A DNA stretch of 64,000 nt, taken from positions 62,001-126,000 of the forward strand of contig NW_026867486.1 in the NCBI RefSeq assembly GCF_020745735.1, given 5' to 3'. Every line of letters begins with the position of its first letter. Within the stretch, counting starts at the first letter, position 1. This document shows, in pieces, positions 51,590 through 64,000 of this stretch. The notes under the pieces are model-generated. The model ran no database searches. It was not told where the DNA came from and saw nothing but the letters and a program-made list of their open reading frames with translations. Origin of the DNA: Hemiscyllium ocellatum (taxonomy: Eukaryota). The translations under genes were made by a program, and so were the position numbers.

Positions 51590-51883
51590 TTACTTACAGT
51601 GTGGAAACAGGCCCTTCGGCCCAACAAGTCCACACCGACCCGCCGAAGCGCAACCCACCCATACCCCTACATTTACCCCTTACCTAACACTACGGGCAAT
51701 TTAGCATGGCCAATTCACCTGACCCACACATCTTTGGACTGTGGGAGGAAAGCGGAGCACCCGGAGGAAACCCACACAGACACAGGGAGAACGTGCAAAC
51801 TTCACACAGTCAGTCGCCTGAGTCTGACTGTGAACCCGGGTCTCAGGCGCTGTGAGGCAGCAGTGCTAACCACCGTGCCGCCC
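51590..51883 (-). mobile_element. HE1 SINE, near full length
   Basis: Reverse complement of gggcggcacggtggttagcactgctgcctcacagc ... gggcctgtttccacactgtaag. Confidence 0.92.
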
Positions 51884-53106
51884 ATGTTGTGTGCATGAGG
51901 GTTTTTTTGTGGTTTATGTGTTGGATGCAGGTACAGTAATCACATTTAAAGTGGAAGGCAAGAAAATAGTTTTAAGACCACGACAGAACAGTTACGGTCA
52001 GACAGCACAGAAACGGACCCTTCAGTCCAACTATTCCATGCTGACTATATTCTCAAACTAAACTAGTGCCACTTGCCAGTGTTTAGCCCATATACCTCCA
52101 CACCTTCCCTATTCATGTACTTATCCACATGTCTTTTAAACGTTGCATCTGAACATGCATTCACCACATCCTCTTTACATTCACTCAATACATGAAACAT
52201 ACTGTTTATAAACAAACTTTTCCTGATCTGTCCATTCCATGGATTCATTCTCTTTCCTTTCAGTTGCTGTAAGTCATAAATTGAAGCCCAGAATGAAATA
52301 AATGGAAAAGGAGTTGTGAAGAGAGTACCTTACTCACAGATGGTTGGCAGAGTAAGGAGGGTGCAGTCTGGAGCAAACCCGAAATGTCGATTTTCCTGCT
52401 CCTCGGACGCTGCCTGACCGGCAGTACTTTGCCAGCACCACTCTAATCTTGACCCTGATCTCCAGCATCTGCAGTTCTCACTTTCTCCTGTAAGAAATCA
52501 GCAGTTTTAAACCAAAAATCTGTTGCAGTTTAAAGCTCTCATTGAGAGTCTGAGCTCAGTGTGAAGTTCAGGTAATCTTTATTGTGACCCAACTTTGTTT
52601 CAGCTTCAGAATCTCCCAGCAGAAAGGCGTAGAAAAAGTAGCAACTTTTTAAAAACAGCTCAAGGTCAAAGTGCAACCCTCACTTTCTTCATTATTGGTC
52701 ACCACTGAGTTGTCCCTTTGTAATTGGATCCTTGATATCGCCTTAACCTGGAGGAAGTATTGCCTCACTCAGCAATTTCAACCTGTATCCAAGTAAGTTG
52801 GATGAGCAGCGTAGAGTCAACCAGACTATTGTGGGTCTGGAGTCACGTGTAGGCCAGACCTCGTAAAGGATGCAGCTGGGACGACTGCTCTAATAACCGC
52901 TCAAGTCTTCCCTAAAAAAGAACTGAGTGAATCAGATGGGGGTTTTCTTCCACCCCCATCCCACCGACAATGGTTTCACCATTAGATTCTGAACTCCAAA
53001 TTTCTGACCAAATTCCAATTCCGCCATCTGTTGTGGGAATCGAACTCGGGAGTCACTGGAACTGGGTTGATAGTCCAGTTGGTAAAGGCACTCGGCCGTC
53101 TTTCTT

Positions 53107-53801
53107 TCAATCCCCCTGCAATGCCACCTGATCCCGCTGGTAGGTCAGCAAGGAGGTGGCCTGGGTAAAGGCCTTCCCGCACTCGGGGCAACTTAAGGGC
53201 CTCTCCCCCATGTGGATCAACTGGTGGATCCGAAAGTTGGAGGAATCGCTGAAGCCCTTCCCGCAGTCAGGGCAGGGGAACGGCCTCTCCCCAGTGTGAC
53301 TGCGCCAATGAGTCTCCAGGGCAGACGGGAAACAAGCCTTTCCCACAGTCGCCACACTTCCATGGTTTCTCCACGGGGCGGGATTCCTCGGGTTTCTCCA
53401 CGGCCGAAGCTTCAGCCGCACACAAACGCATGTGGAGCTTCTCTCCACCATGAATTCCTCTTTCCAAACCGTATAGCTGTTACACGCTCCTCACTCAGTG
53501 CATTACAACTGTAGGGTCTCTCATCCAGTCCCACTGACGCTGAAAACGTACCCAAATAGGAACCAAACAGCTTTGCTCCTCACAGAATCATAGTTGCAAA
53601 CTGTTGCGGTCCCGATGGATTGGATTGAATGACTGTCAGACATGGATGTCAAAGTAAGGACTGCAGATGCTGGAGTGTCAGAATCAGTAAGTGCAGTGCT
53701 GGAAAAGCACAGCAGGTCAGGCAGCATCCGAGGAGCAGGAGAGTCGACGTTTTGGGCATAAGGCCTTCATCTGTTGATTTTGAAACTTCCATCCTCAGAT
53801 C
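53107..53801 (-). pseudogene. C2H2 zinc-finger exon, 3 fingers, frameshifted
   Basis: [13 protein letters not shown] / [27 protein letters not shown]... Acceptor gacagtgatgacttttgtaatc..ttcag at 53802-53803, matching the other ZNF acceptors. Short Penelope insert at ~53650-53770. Confidence 0.85.
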
Positions 53802-54324
53802 CTGAAATGTAAAAAGAGATTACAAAAGTCATCACTGTCAGTGCAGAGTAGAAATTCTGAACAAGGAATTCTGCGGAATATTTTCTTTTGTTATTCCACA
53901 AAATTGAAAGCACCATCCCACTCTTTCTCCCCCTGTCTTCTCACTCTGATCTAACTAATTCCCCTGAAGATGCTGATTCAGGATCTTCCAGGGGCAGAAA
54001 GGCAAAAATGTCAAGACTGACATCTCTCTGAATTTTGGATAACTCCACCTGAAAGTTAATATCTTTCACAACATTGGGATACTGCTGAGAGGTGAGGAAG
54101 TCTGATTTTTGGAAGCCATAAAAAAATAATGAGTTTGTGCCAATCCCTTCCCTTCAGAGAATCCCCAGAGCGGTGAAAGCAGGCCACTCAGCCCCACAAA
54201 TCCACCTCTGAAGGGTAACAGATCCACACCTATTCCCCTACCTCTATTGCTCTACATTTACCCGCTGATTAATGCACCTAACCTGCACATCTTTGGGCAC
54301 GGTCAATACATCCTCACCTGGACA

Positions 54325-54810
54325 AGTGAAAAGTCACACCACCAGTTGAGTATTCAACAGGTTTATTTGGAAGCACTCGCTTTCAGAGCGCTGATCCTTC
54401 AGGTGGTTGTGGAGAATAAGATCATAAGACACAATTTATAGAAAAACATTATAGTGTCCTGCCACCAAAATGATATATTGAACAAACCTGGATTGTCAAG
54501 TCTTTCATCTTTTAGACTGGGTTGCAGCTATCATTCACATGTAAATCCCAGACCTTCTTGCAAGGCGCCATTTCAAGATAACTCGAGGTTTTATAGCAAA
54601 ATGTGACATCTCAGTTCACACAATGCATTAAAGGTGTGAGGTCAGAGTCTGTCTGTGTCCCAGTCTTGAGTCAGACTGGTTCTACTTCCAAAGTGGAATT
54701 TACAAAATATTACATGGATTGACTGCTTACAGATTGTGTATTTTTTGAGCAAAATAGAATGTGTCTGCAAATATCATTCTGCAAATACAAATTTAACCCC
54801 ATGGACTTGT
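54325..54810 (-). mobile_element. Penelope-type terminal repeat, third family (related to ~49080-49235 and 22622-22720)
   Basis: caacaggtttatttggaagcact.gctttc.gagcgctg motif with a degenerate hammerhead. Confidence 0.6.
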
Positions 54811-55049
54811 TATGTGCGTCTGTGCATGAGAGAGAGAAAAAGTCAATGTCCATGCTGTATAGCTCTATGCCAATTTGATAACAGATGCTTTAGTCCTGTT
54901 GATGTAAATGTTGTTGTATGGTGTCCCATTTGAATTCCTCAAATAGGACACCATACCAATCCTTGGGAGAGCCCTATTTTGGGTGGGGAGGGGGAGGGGG
55001 GGATCAAAGCTTCAACAGAAATCCAGCAGAGCTGAGAACAGACCAACAT

Positions 55050-56760
55050 CCACATGCCTTTTAAATGTTGTAATTGTGCCAGTCTCCACCACTTCCTCTG
55101 GCAGTTCGTGCCACACATGCACCACCCTCTGTGTGAAAAGGTTGCCCCTCAGACCCCTGTTAAATCATTCTGCTCTCACCTCAAACATACGCCTTCTAGT
55201 TTTCTTGGACTCCCCTACCCTGGGGAAAAGACCTTAGGTTTCCCCCCCTATCCATGCCCATTACAAAGGTCTATAAATTTACCCCTCAGCCTCTGATGCT
55301 CCATGGAAAATGTCCCTGGCCTATTCAGCCTCTCCCTATAGCTCAAATCTTTTCTGACCCCTTTCAAAGTTTCATAACATCTTTCCTACAGCAGGGATAC
55401 CAGAACTGAACGCAGTATTCCAAAATTGGCTTAACCAACATCCTGGACAGCCACAACATAACCTCCCAACTCATCTACTCGATGCTCTGACCAATAAAGG
55501 CCATCCTACCAAATGCCTCATTCACTATCCTGTCTACCTGAGACTCCACTTTCAAGGAACTATGGAACCTGCACTCCAAGGTCTCTTTGTTCTGCAACAC
55601 TCCCCTTAACTGTGTCAGTCCTGCCTGGATTGCTTGACCAAAATGCAACAACTCACATTTCTCAAAATTTAATTCCATCTACCACACTTTGGCCCATCCG
55701 ATCAATTCTAATTTATAGCTAACTCACTTTTCTCTTTTATTCTCTAGAAGCTGAAAATCTCCATCCCACACACTCTCCCTCCAGTCTCAGTTTACTGAAC
55801 CTAATCCCTGCTGTACCTCATCCTGAAGGGTCTGGTTCATGCTGATTAATAGGCCCACACTCGGGAGGGGGCGGGGGTGGGTCTAAATGAAACCTACATA
55901 ATCCTGAACAGCCCAGAGTGGACGTTGTGAAGATGTTTCCATTGGTAGGACAGACTCAGACCAGACGGCACAGACTTAGAGTAAAGGGAAGTCCTTTTAG
56001 AAAGGAGAAACTTCTTCAGCCAGAGAGCGGTGAATCTGTGGAATCTATTTCCATAGAAGGCTGTGGAGGTCAGGTCACTGGGGATATTTAAAACTGAGAC
56101 AGGTTCTTGAGTATCAAGGGGATCGAGGGTTACGGGGAGAATGGGGTTGAGAAACCTAGCAGCCACGATTGAATGGGGTGATTAGACCTGATGGACTGAA
56201 TGGCCTAATTTCTGCTCCTCTGACTTTGGGCCTCTTGCTGTCCTGGACACAGAGCAAGAGAGTTGGGAGCAAGACTAGGCCATTCGGTCTTTCGAGTCAG
56301 CACCAGCATTGAACAATTCATAACTGAATATGAATATACCTACAGCTAGGTGAATAGGCTGGGACTTTTTTCACTGGAACACATGAGGTTGAGAGGTGAC
56401 TTTAAAAGTGGTTCATAAAATCATGAGGAGGGTAGATGAGGTGAACCGCAGGTGTCCTTTCCCTAGGATGGGGGTTTCAAGATTAGGGAGCAAATGAAGA
56501 AGGTGAGTGGGGAAAGATTTTCAAAAGACTGGAATAGTGCCTTTTTTGATTCCACACACAAACTACTCTCAATGTCCAGACACGGTGGTGGATGTAGGTA
56601 CAGTAACAAGGTTTAAAAGACATTTGGATAAGTACGTGAATAGGAAAGGTTCAGAGGGATATGGGCCAAATACACACAGGTGGGACTAGTTTAGTTTGTG
56701 AACACAGTCAGCACGGTCTAGTTGGACTGAAGGGTCTGTTTCTGTGTTGTCTGACTCTGG
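55050..56760. mobile_element. CR1 fragments in both orientations
   Basis: CR1 RT and 3'-end motifs. Paralogous to 13400-14560. Confidence 0.78.
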
Positions 56761-59179
56761 AACTGTTCTAAACTGGTCTTAAAACCATTTTCTTGCCTTC
56801 CTCCATAAACATCCACTTCTTTCTTTCAAAAATCAGATTAACTCAGCCTTAAATTTATTCAAATGACCCCCTAACTGCAGCATGACATCCCCATTTCTGA
56901 ACTCAATTCCTCTTGCTAACACACCACTTGCCTTGCTCATTGCCTGCTGCACCTGTCTGACAACTGGCACAGAAGGACGCTGATGCCCCTCTCAACATCC
57001 ACGCATCATTCCTGATGAAGGGCTTGTGCCCGAAACTTCGACTGTCCTACTGCTAGGATGCACCTTGAATGAATCTACCATCCCTACCTCTGCTGGCAAT
57101 GAGTTCCAGGCACCTATCACCCTGAGTAATGTACTTTCTGTGTGCATCTCCAACATGATGTCCCAACTCCTGAACTCAGCATGTGAACAATGAAGGCAAG
57201 TGTGCTGAACACCTTCTTCACCCCTGTCTACCAGTGATGTAACTTTCAAGAACAATGAACCTGAACACCTCCAGGTCTCTGTTCTCCAACATGACCCAGG
57301 GCCCTACCATTACCTGTTCAAGTCTTGCCCTCCTTTATTTTAGCAAAATGCAACCCCTCACTTATATCCATACCCCTTTCATACACACACGCTCTCGCTC
57401 AGACACACACACACCACCCCCTCAAAACTCTCACCCTCTCACAGACTCATACTCCATCACAATCACACTTTATCAAGCAGGCACACATGCAAATACACAC
57501 TCACAGCGCACAGTCTTATACACAAACTCACACACACTTCCCTGAAAGGAGTTTCCCTGAAACGTCAATTTTCCTGCTCCTCAGATGCTGCCTGACTTGG
57601 TGCAGCAACACACGCTCGATCCTAAACTTATTACCCTCTAGTTCTGGACTGCCCCATCCAAAGGAAAATACCACGTCTATTTACCATATCCATGCCCCTC
57701 ATGATGATATACAAGTGTATAAGGTCACTCCTCAGACTCTGGCAAGCTACGGAAAACAGTCCCAACCTGAACTTCTGTCTCTCCTCACCCGGGTAACCAA
57801 GACACATACCTGCTGTCCCAAAGTCTGCTCCCTCTCTGGATTCACTCCAGTTGCTACAAGTGAGCTTGCTCCGTTATTCATTAAAATCATGGCTGAGCTA
57901 TCCATCGTCTCAGCTTCTCCTCCCTGCACTGTCACAAGGAACCCCTTTATTCCCCAACCAGACCAAATCCCACCCAACTGTGTCTTGAATATACTTAATG
58001 AAGCTGCCTCTATTGCTTCCTTGGCCAAAAGATTGCCGAGATTTTGATGAAGGGCTTTTGCCCGAAACGTCGATTTTCCTGCTGTCCAGATGCTGCCTGA
58101 CCTGCTGTGCTTTTTAAGCACCACTCTAATCTAGACTATTCCATAGATTCACGACCCTCTGGGAAAAGCAGTTCCTCCTCATCTCTGTCTAAAAGCTACT
58201 CCCTCTAACCTTGACGCCTTGTCTCACCCACCAGAAATTACTGGACAGGTTAGGGCTTCATCCCCACAGTGCAATGACATTGGGAAGATGTTTCCATTGG
58301 TAGGAGAGACTAGTACTAGAGGTCACAGCTTTAAGAATAAAGGGAAGACCTTTAGGAACAGAGATAAGCAATGTCTCCTTTTCTGCCGACAGCGAGGAGC
58401 ATGGACAATGTACTGGTGACACCAGCGAGCAGGTGCGCTGTTGTCACACCGAGGAGCAGGCACAATGTGCTCTGTGGCGATGCTGGTGTTATTGACAGAT
58501 GTTAAATGTTCAAATGCCAAGAGGAGAAATAAAGGGTAGAGCCACAGTTCTTTTTCCCCATGTGGCTCAACATTTTATAGCTTTTGTCTGGCTGCTCAAC
58601 TTTTTTTTTTAAATGTCTTTTCCCCAGAATAGGGGTGAGGTTCACAACTACAGGGCATAGGTTTAGGGTGAGACCAGAAAGATATTAAAAGGTACCCATG
58701 GGGCAACTTTTCCATGCAGAGGATTGTGAACGTATGGAATGAGCTGCGAGAGGAAGTAATGGAGGCTGTATTTAACAGGCATCTGGATGGGTATATGACT
58801 AGGAAGGGTTAAGAGGGATATGAACCAAGTGCTGACAAATAGGACTAGATTAATTTAGGATATCTGGTTGGCATGGGCAGGTAGGCCAAATGGGTGTGTT
58901 CACGTGCTGTACATCTTTATGACTCTATATAATAAAAAAGTATATTTTTCCAAATACCAAACTATCTCCATGTTAACAAGGCTTAGTTCACCACATACTT
59001 TACTAACCATTCTCAACAGGTCCTACCCCTTGAATGACTAAGAACATACAATGCTGGTGCATAATCTTCTTCACTAGTATTTACACACTACCCTCAACAA
59101 TTGCACAAGTAACAGCAAAGGGTAAACAGCACAAGGATTAAAAAACACAGTGAGGGGTAAACAGCACAAGGACTAAAAC

Positions 59180-62100
59180 AGTGAGGGGTAAACAGCACTA
59201 GGGCCAGTAAAAGCAGATGGAAAGTCAGTGTAAAATGTGACTATGACAGGACAGGCCCCACATTCCTTCCCCCCGTCCCCCCACAACCTGCCTCACCTTT
59301 CACCTCCCGGGCCCAGTACCTTCCAGGTGGCCCCATAGTTGACACAGGGGCCGCCCCACGACCAGTAGAACTCCACCACCCAGGCGGCCGACCAGTTCCC
59401 AAGCAGGTCCTTAACCCCATCCGCCTCCAGAATGGTCACCGGCTCCTGCCTGCTGTACAGCCGGCCGGTGTGGCCGTGACACAGCAGCTGCGCCAGGAAG
59501 GCGGCGGTGACCAGTGACGGGGGTCTGCCCCGGGCCGCACGGCGCCATTTTCCTAACGGCCGCCGCTTCCCCGCTCGAGCGACTTCTCCTCCCAACCGCC
59601 TTCGCCCCCGCGTGACGTCTGCACGGGGGGATGGGCGGGGCCGGGGGAGCCTCACCGTCACCAAGCAACAGCCACCTCGCGCTACAACTGTTCATTCACA
59701 AAAACAAACTCTCCTGTCTCGCTCTGCAGCTGCAGGGGGGACACTGCCACGTTTCGAGGAGCCCTGTCTACATTGGGAAAGCTCACGGCTCCATTTAAAC
59801 AGATATTCCCACATCTAATACAACGATGTTAACTTTCAACTGCGTTCAGGGAACATGTATTTTGCTCTAAGTCTATTGAGTTTAACTGCAGCATGGCTGT
59901 AGTTTTAAACTTGTTTGCTTTCCTGAACAGCTAGGTTTAAATGTTTTATTCATTAGAAGAACCAAAATTAGTGATAGTTCACATATCCACCCTGAAATGG
60001 GGTGGGTAACTGGATTGAGTGGGTAGGCGCCCTGCTAAGTTTAACTTTGGGGACAGCCTTTGAGCTGCATATGAACAAACTGCTTACATGTTGCACTTAT
60101 CGACTGCTAAATATCGGCTCTTGTTATCTTAACACTTAGCCTTCTGATTGGACATTGCAAAGGTTCACCTCCCGCCCACACCCCGCCAGCACCCTTCCCA
60201 AGGGTCAGACCCTCCCTCTCTCCAGGCACACAGTCTGAATAATTGACGAAGCAAAATTCACTGTCAAATCCCATCAACATGGAAGATCCCAGCCCACCCT
60301 ACCTCCCACTCTGTACCCAACCCATCCAAAAACCACAAAACATCATCTCATCTTTAAAATACAAAAGAAAAACTGGACCGCATCAAAACGTTCAACAACG
60401 GTCAACGCTATGACTGTTACACACTTTACGGAGCTACATTTCAACTTGAGTTCGTTTGCACTCCCTCATGAGAGTTCACATTAAAAGCTCATTGTACCAA
60501 ATCAACAGCATGCCACAGCTCTCTGGAATTCAGCGGAATTCTTCCTGGTATCCCTCATGTTTTCTGGTTTTTTTGAGAAAGGAGACCCTCCCGTGAGCTT
60601 CGCCTTCAGATCTCCTTGGCTACGCCCAAAGTTTCGGCTGATCAGTTCAAGCACAGGGTCGCAGCCTTTTCTTGCTAAGCTCAGCTGGCGTAAACGTTAG
60701 CAACGCCTCTGGTTCCCGTTGGGATTTACGCTCCCGAGCGCAGACCTGGCCCGCAGCCTGTAGTCCCACAGTGCCTGCTGACTGCAAACTGCCCTTCTGT
60801 CAGCAAAAATACAAACACGACGGGGACAGTGTTCATTTCGCTATTCTCAATGTCAACTCTGACCCCACGAAAGGTTCTCTTTTCAGGGGCGGGCATGTCA
60901 ATTGCCTACTTGGGGGTTGGTGAAATGTCTCAACAAGTCTTTCGGTTTGTCTATATTTACAAGAATTCGAACCCCAACTAGACATTTACATGTAAAATCT
61001 AAGAATTATACAACGTGACACATGAAAGCATGATGAGGAGCATCTCCTGTGTCCTCTCTCAGCTCAGAGAAGACTTAAACCCCGCTCCCCCCTGTAACAT
61101 TCATCCAGGTGACAAAAGGATCTTAACGCAGGCGGATTATAAGGGGTTGCTCAGTGGTCACAGCGCCAAGGGACCCGGGTTCAATTCCAGCCTCAGGGGC
61201 GACTGTCCCTATGGAGTTTGCACGTTTCCAGCCTGCGTCTGCGAGGGTTTTCTCCGGGTGCACCGGCTTCCTCCCACAATCCAAAGATGCGTAGGTGAGG
61301 GTGGATTGGCTATGCTAAATTACCCATAGTGCTCAGATATGTGTAGGTTAGGGTGGATTGGTCAGGCTAAATTACCCATAGTACCTAGGGATGTGTACGT
61401 GAGGGTGGATTGGCTATGCTAAATTACCCATAGTACTGTAAGGCCGGAATCTGTCCTTGCATGTTAGTTTTAGGAGGAGAGACAACAGACGCTCAATTGT
61501 TTGGCACAAGCAGGCTTTATTGCAGAATCGTAGTTGATACAGTGAATCACCATGCATTCACTGGAGAAGGCACGTTCTGCCTTCCCCTCCCAAATCTGCT
61601 CCTGATATACTCTTTGCTAAGCAGAGCTTCGCGGAGCTACTAAGCATTGTCTTATTAGGACATTTCGCGTTTGCGAGGCGTTTCCTGTTATTGAGCTCAT
61701 TTGGGCGTTGGCAGCTGAGCTGGCCACGTAAGCAACAGTTTCGATTCCCCAAACAGCAGCTATAGCTCCACCCTCCCTTGACTTATTTTATCCTAACAGT
61801 ACCCAGGGATGTGTAGGATTGGGTAATTTAGCATGGCCAATCGACCCTAACCTACACATCCCTGGGTACTATGGGTAATTTAGCATGGCCAATCCACCCT
61901 TAGTGTAGGATTGGCCAGGCTAAATTGTCCTATAGTATCCAGGGATGTGCAGGTTTGGGTGGACTGGCCGTGCTAAATTACCCATAGTGCCCAGGGATGT
62001 GTAGGCTAGGTGGGTTAGCCAATGGGAATTGCAGGGTTACAGGCAGAGGTCTGGGTGAGGGAGGGTTGGATGGGCTGAAGGGCCTGCTCCTACACTGCAT

Positions 62101-64000
62101 GGGTTCTAAGCGTGAGATGAGGTGCTTGACGGAAACGATGGGGAAGAGGCAGTGAAAACACAACGAGACCGTTTGAAAGTGGGAGCATGACAGGAGGGGG
62201 TGGGTAAATGGGATGTGGTGAGGGAGGGGGCTTAGGAGAGAAAGAGACACAGAAAGAGAGGGTCACACACAGATACAACTGGTGAAAGTGGGGAAGATTG
62301 TGATAGGTTCAGATAAGGTGGAGGAAGAAAAGCTGTTCCCTATTCACTGATAGTGACAAGGTCAGGGGCGGCCTGAAGTTCAGGGGTTTGAGCAGGAGAG
62401 AGGGGGAAAACAGAGGAAAAACAGGTTTACCCAGCAAGCAGCAATATGCTGGAATCCGCTGTCACCTCAGAGAGACAGACAGACGCAGAGGCAGAGAGGT
62501 AATCAGATGAATGGCCTCCCTGTGCTGTGAGATCCAAAAGGAGCACGCGAGCAGCTGCCCCAGTGTTTCTGGCGGTCTGAGGCATCTCCCCCTCACCCCA
62601 TTACCGGTACCGCTCTCCCGTCCCATTGGCACCCTCCCGGTGAACGGCCCACTCTCCCACTGCACTCAAGCTGCCCCTTCCCCCCACCCCGGGGCCTGGA
62701 AGAGGACGGAACAGCCCGTTCCGGAGCGGGGCTCGGGAACGCTGTCCATGTCCGCGACGTCCTTTCCGAGAAAGGAAACAAAAAGGACGACAGACAGGGG
62801 ACCACCCGCGTCAACGGGAATGACAACATTTCACCCTCAGACAAGGCTTTGTCAAGAGACGTACAGCATGGATACAGACCCTTCGGTCTAACCCGTCCAT
62901 ACCGACCAAATATCCCAACCCAAACTAGTCCCACCTGCCAGCACCCGGCCCATATCCCTCCAAACCCTTCCTATTCATATACCCATCCAAATGCCTCTTA
63001 AATGTTGCAATTGTACCAGCCTCCACCACATCCTCTGGCAGCTCATTCCGTACACACACCACCTTCTGTATGAAAAAGTTGCCCTGTAGGTCTCTTTTAT
63101 ATCTTCCCCTCTCACCCTAAACCTATGCCCTCTAGTTCTGGATTCCCCAACCCCAGGGAAAAGACTTTGCCTATTTATCCTATCCATGCCCCTCATAATT
63201 TTGTAAACCTCTATAAGGTCATCCCTCAGCCTCCGACGCTCCAGGGGAAACAGCCCCAGCCTGTTCAGCCTCTCCCTGTAGCTCAGATCCTCCAACCCTG
63301 GCAACATCCTTGTCAATCTTTTCTGAACCCTTCCAAGTTTCGCAACAGCGGGGAGACCCAGAAATGGAAAAGACTGAAGGGGGAAGTCAGCGGTAAATCT
63401 TTTGAAGAGGTTACAAAGGAGAGACCTCTGTCTGCAGCGGGAGTGACCCCCACAGTAGCAGGTCGAGGTGGACGGCATTTAAGGAGAAGCTGGTTACAGA
63501 CGTCAGGGAGAAAGGAACTGAAGGGAATGCTGCTGTAAGGGAAATCAAGTGTGAGCAAGTGAAGGGGAGGTGCGTAGAGGCTCACATGGGTCAGAAATAC
63601 TGAGAGAGACCAGTTGAGCTGAAGGACCTGACTGGAGACTCAATGGGACAGAGAGTGAAATCTTGGATCCACCTGCAACAGAAGGAGAAACACGTGATTT
63701 ACCTTCCAGGATTAAGCAAGTCCCGCAGATTCTGCAGATCACTTTATTGGTCACAGCACTGAGTATAGGGGTTGGGGTCTGGACAGGACGTTGGTTAGGC
63801 CACTTTTGGAATACACAGGAACCTCGATTATCCAAAGGACACATGCAGGGTGTATTTCAGTCGCTTGACGATTAGATCCCTTCCAGTGTGGAAACAGGCC
63901 CAACCAGTCCACACTGACCCTCCGAAGAGTAACCCACCCAGACCCATTTCCCTCTGACTAATGTAACTAACACTACAGGCAATTTAGCATGGCCAATTCA
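59180..64000 (+). repeat. Third duplication copy (same orientation as arm A), running off the window end
   Basis: Direct match to 16440-21330. Includes the solo LTR (61437-61798), minisatellite, CR1 and HE1 tail. Confidence 0.95.
59297..59548 (-). pseudogene. QSOX-family exon 1, disabled (copy 3)
   Basis: Same 252-nt exon, donor at 59295-59296, WGGPC in place of WCGHC. Confidence 0.87.

Noticed and set aside
57325-58047. 240-aa ORF
   Set aside because: Runs through CA-rich simple repeat, Penelope tail and CR1 fragments. No coherent domain.

Overview
Repeat-rich vertebrate DNA, inferred to be shark because of its HE1-type SINEs, HER1/CR1 LINEs and KRAB-less C2H2 zinc-finger exons starting MEKPWKC. 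The window lies in a zinc-finger (ZNF) gene cluster. Its main structure is a ~30 kb palindrome: arm A (~16,440-28,954) is the near-identical reverse complement of arm A' (33,013-~46,064), with a ~4 kb spacer. A third copy (~59,180 to the window end) runs in the same orientation as arm A. Arms A and A' each carry a disabled QSOX exon 1 with its CpG promoter, a solo LTR inside a SINE-derived minisatellite, and two head-to-head ZNF genes sharing a putative bidirectional promoter. The third copy ends before its ZNF genes. One ZNF reading frame is intact (11 fingers, 39,905-40,924); its partner in the other arm has a different, frameshifted 8-finger array. Also present: a defective class I endogenous retrovirus (5,805-13,398) with mismatched LTRs, a tRNA-Ser primer-binding site and a likely 2H-phosphoesterase domain; several Penelope-like elements with minimal hammerhead ribozymes; and many CR1 and SINE fragments. 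A 13-N gap sits in arm A. All identity values are by-eye estimates and no searches were run.
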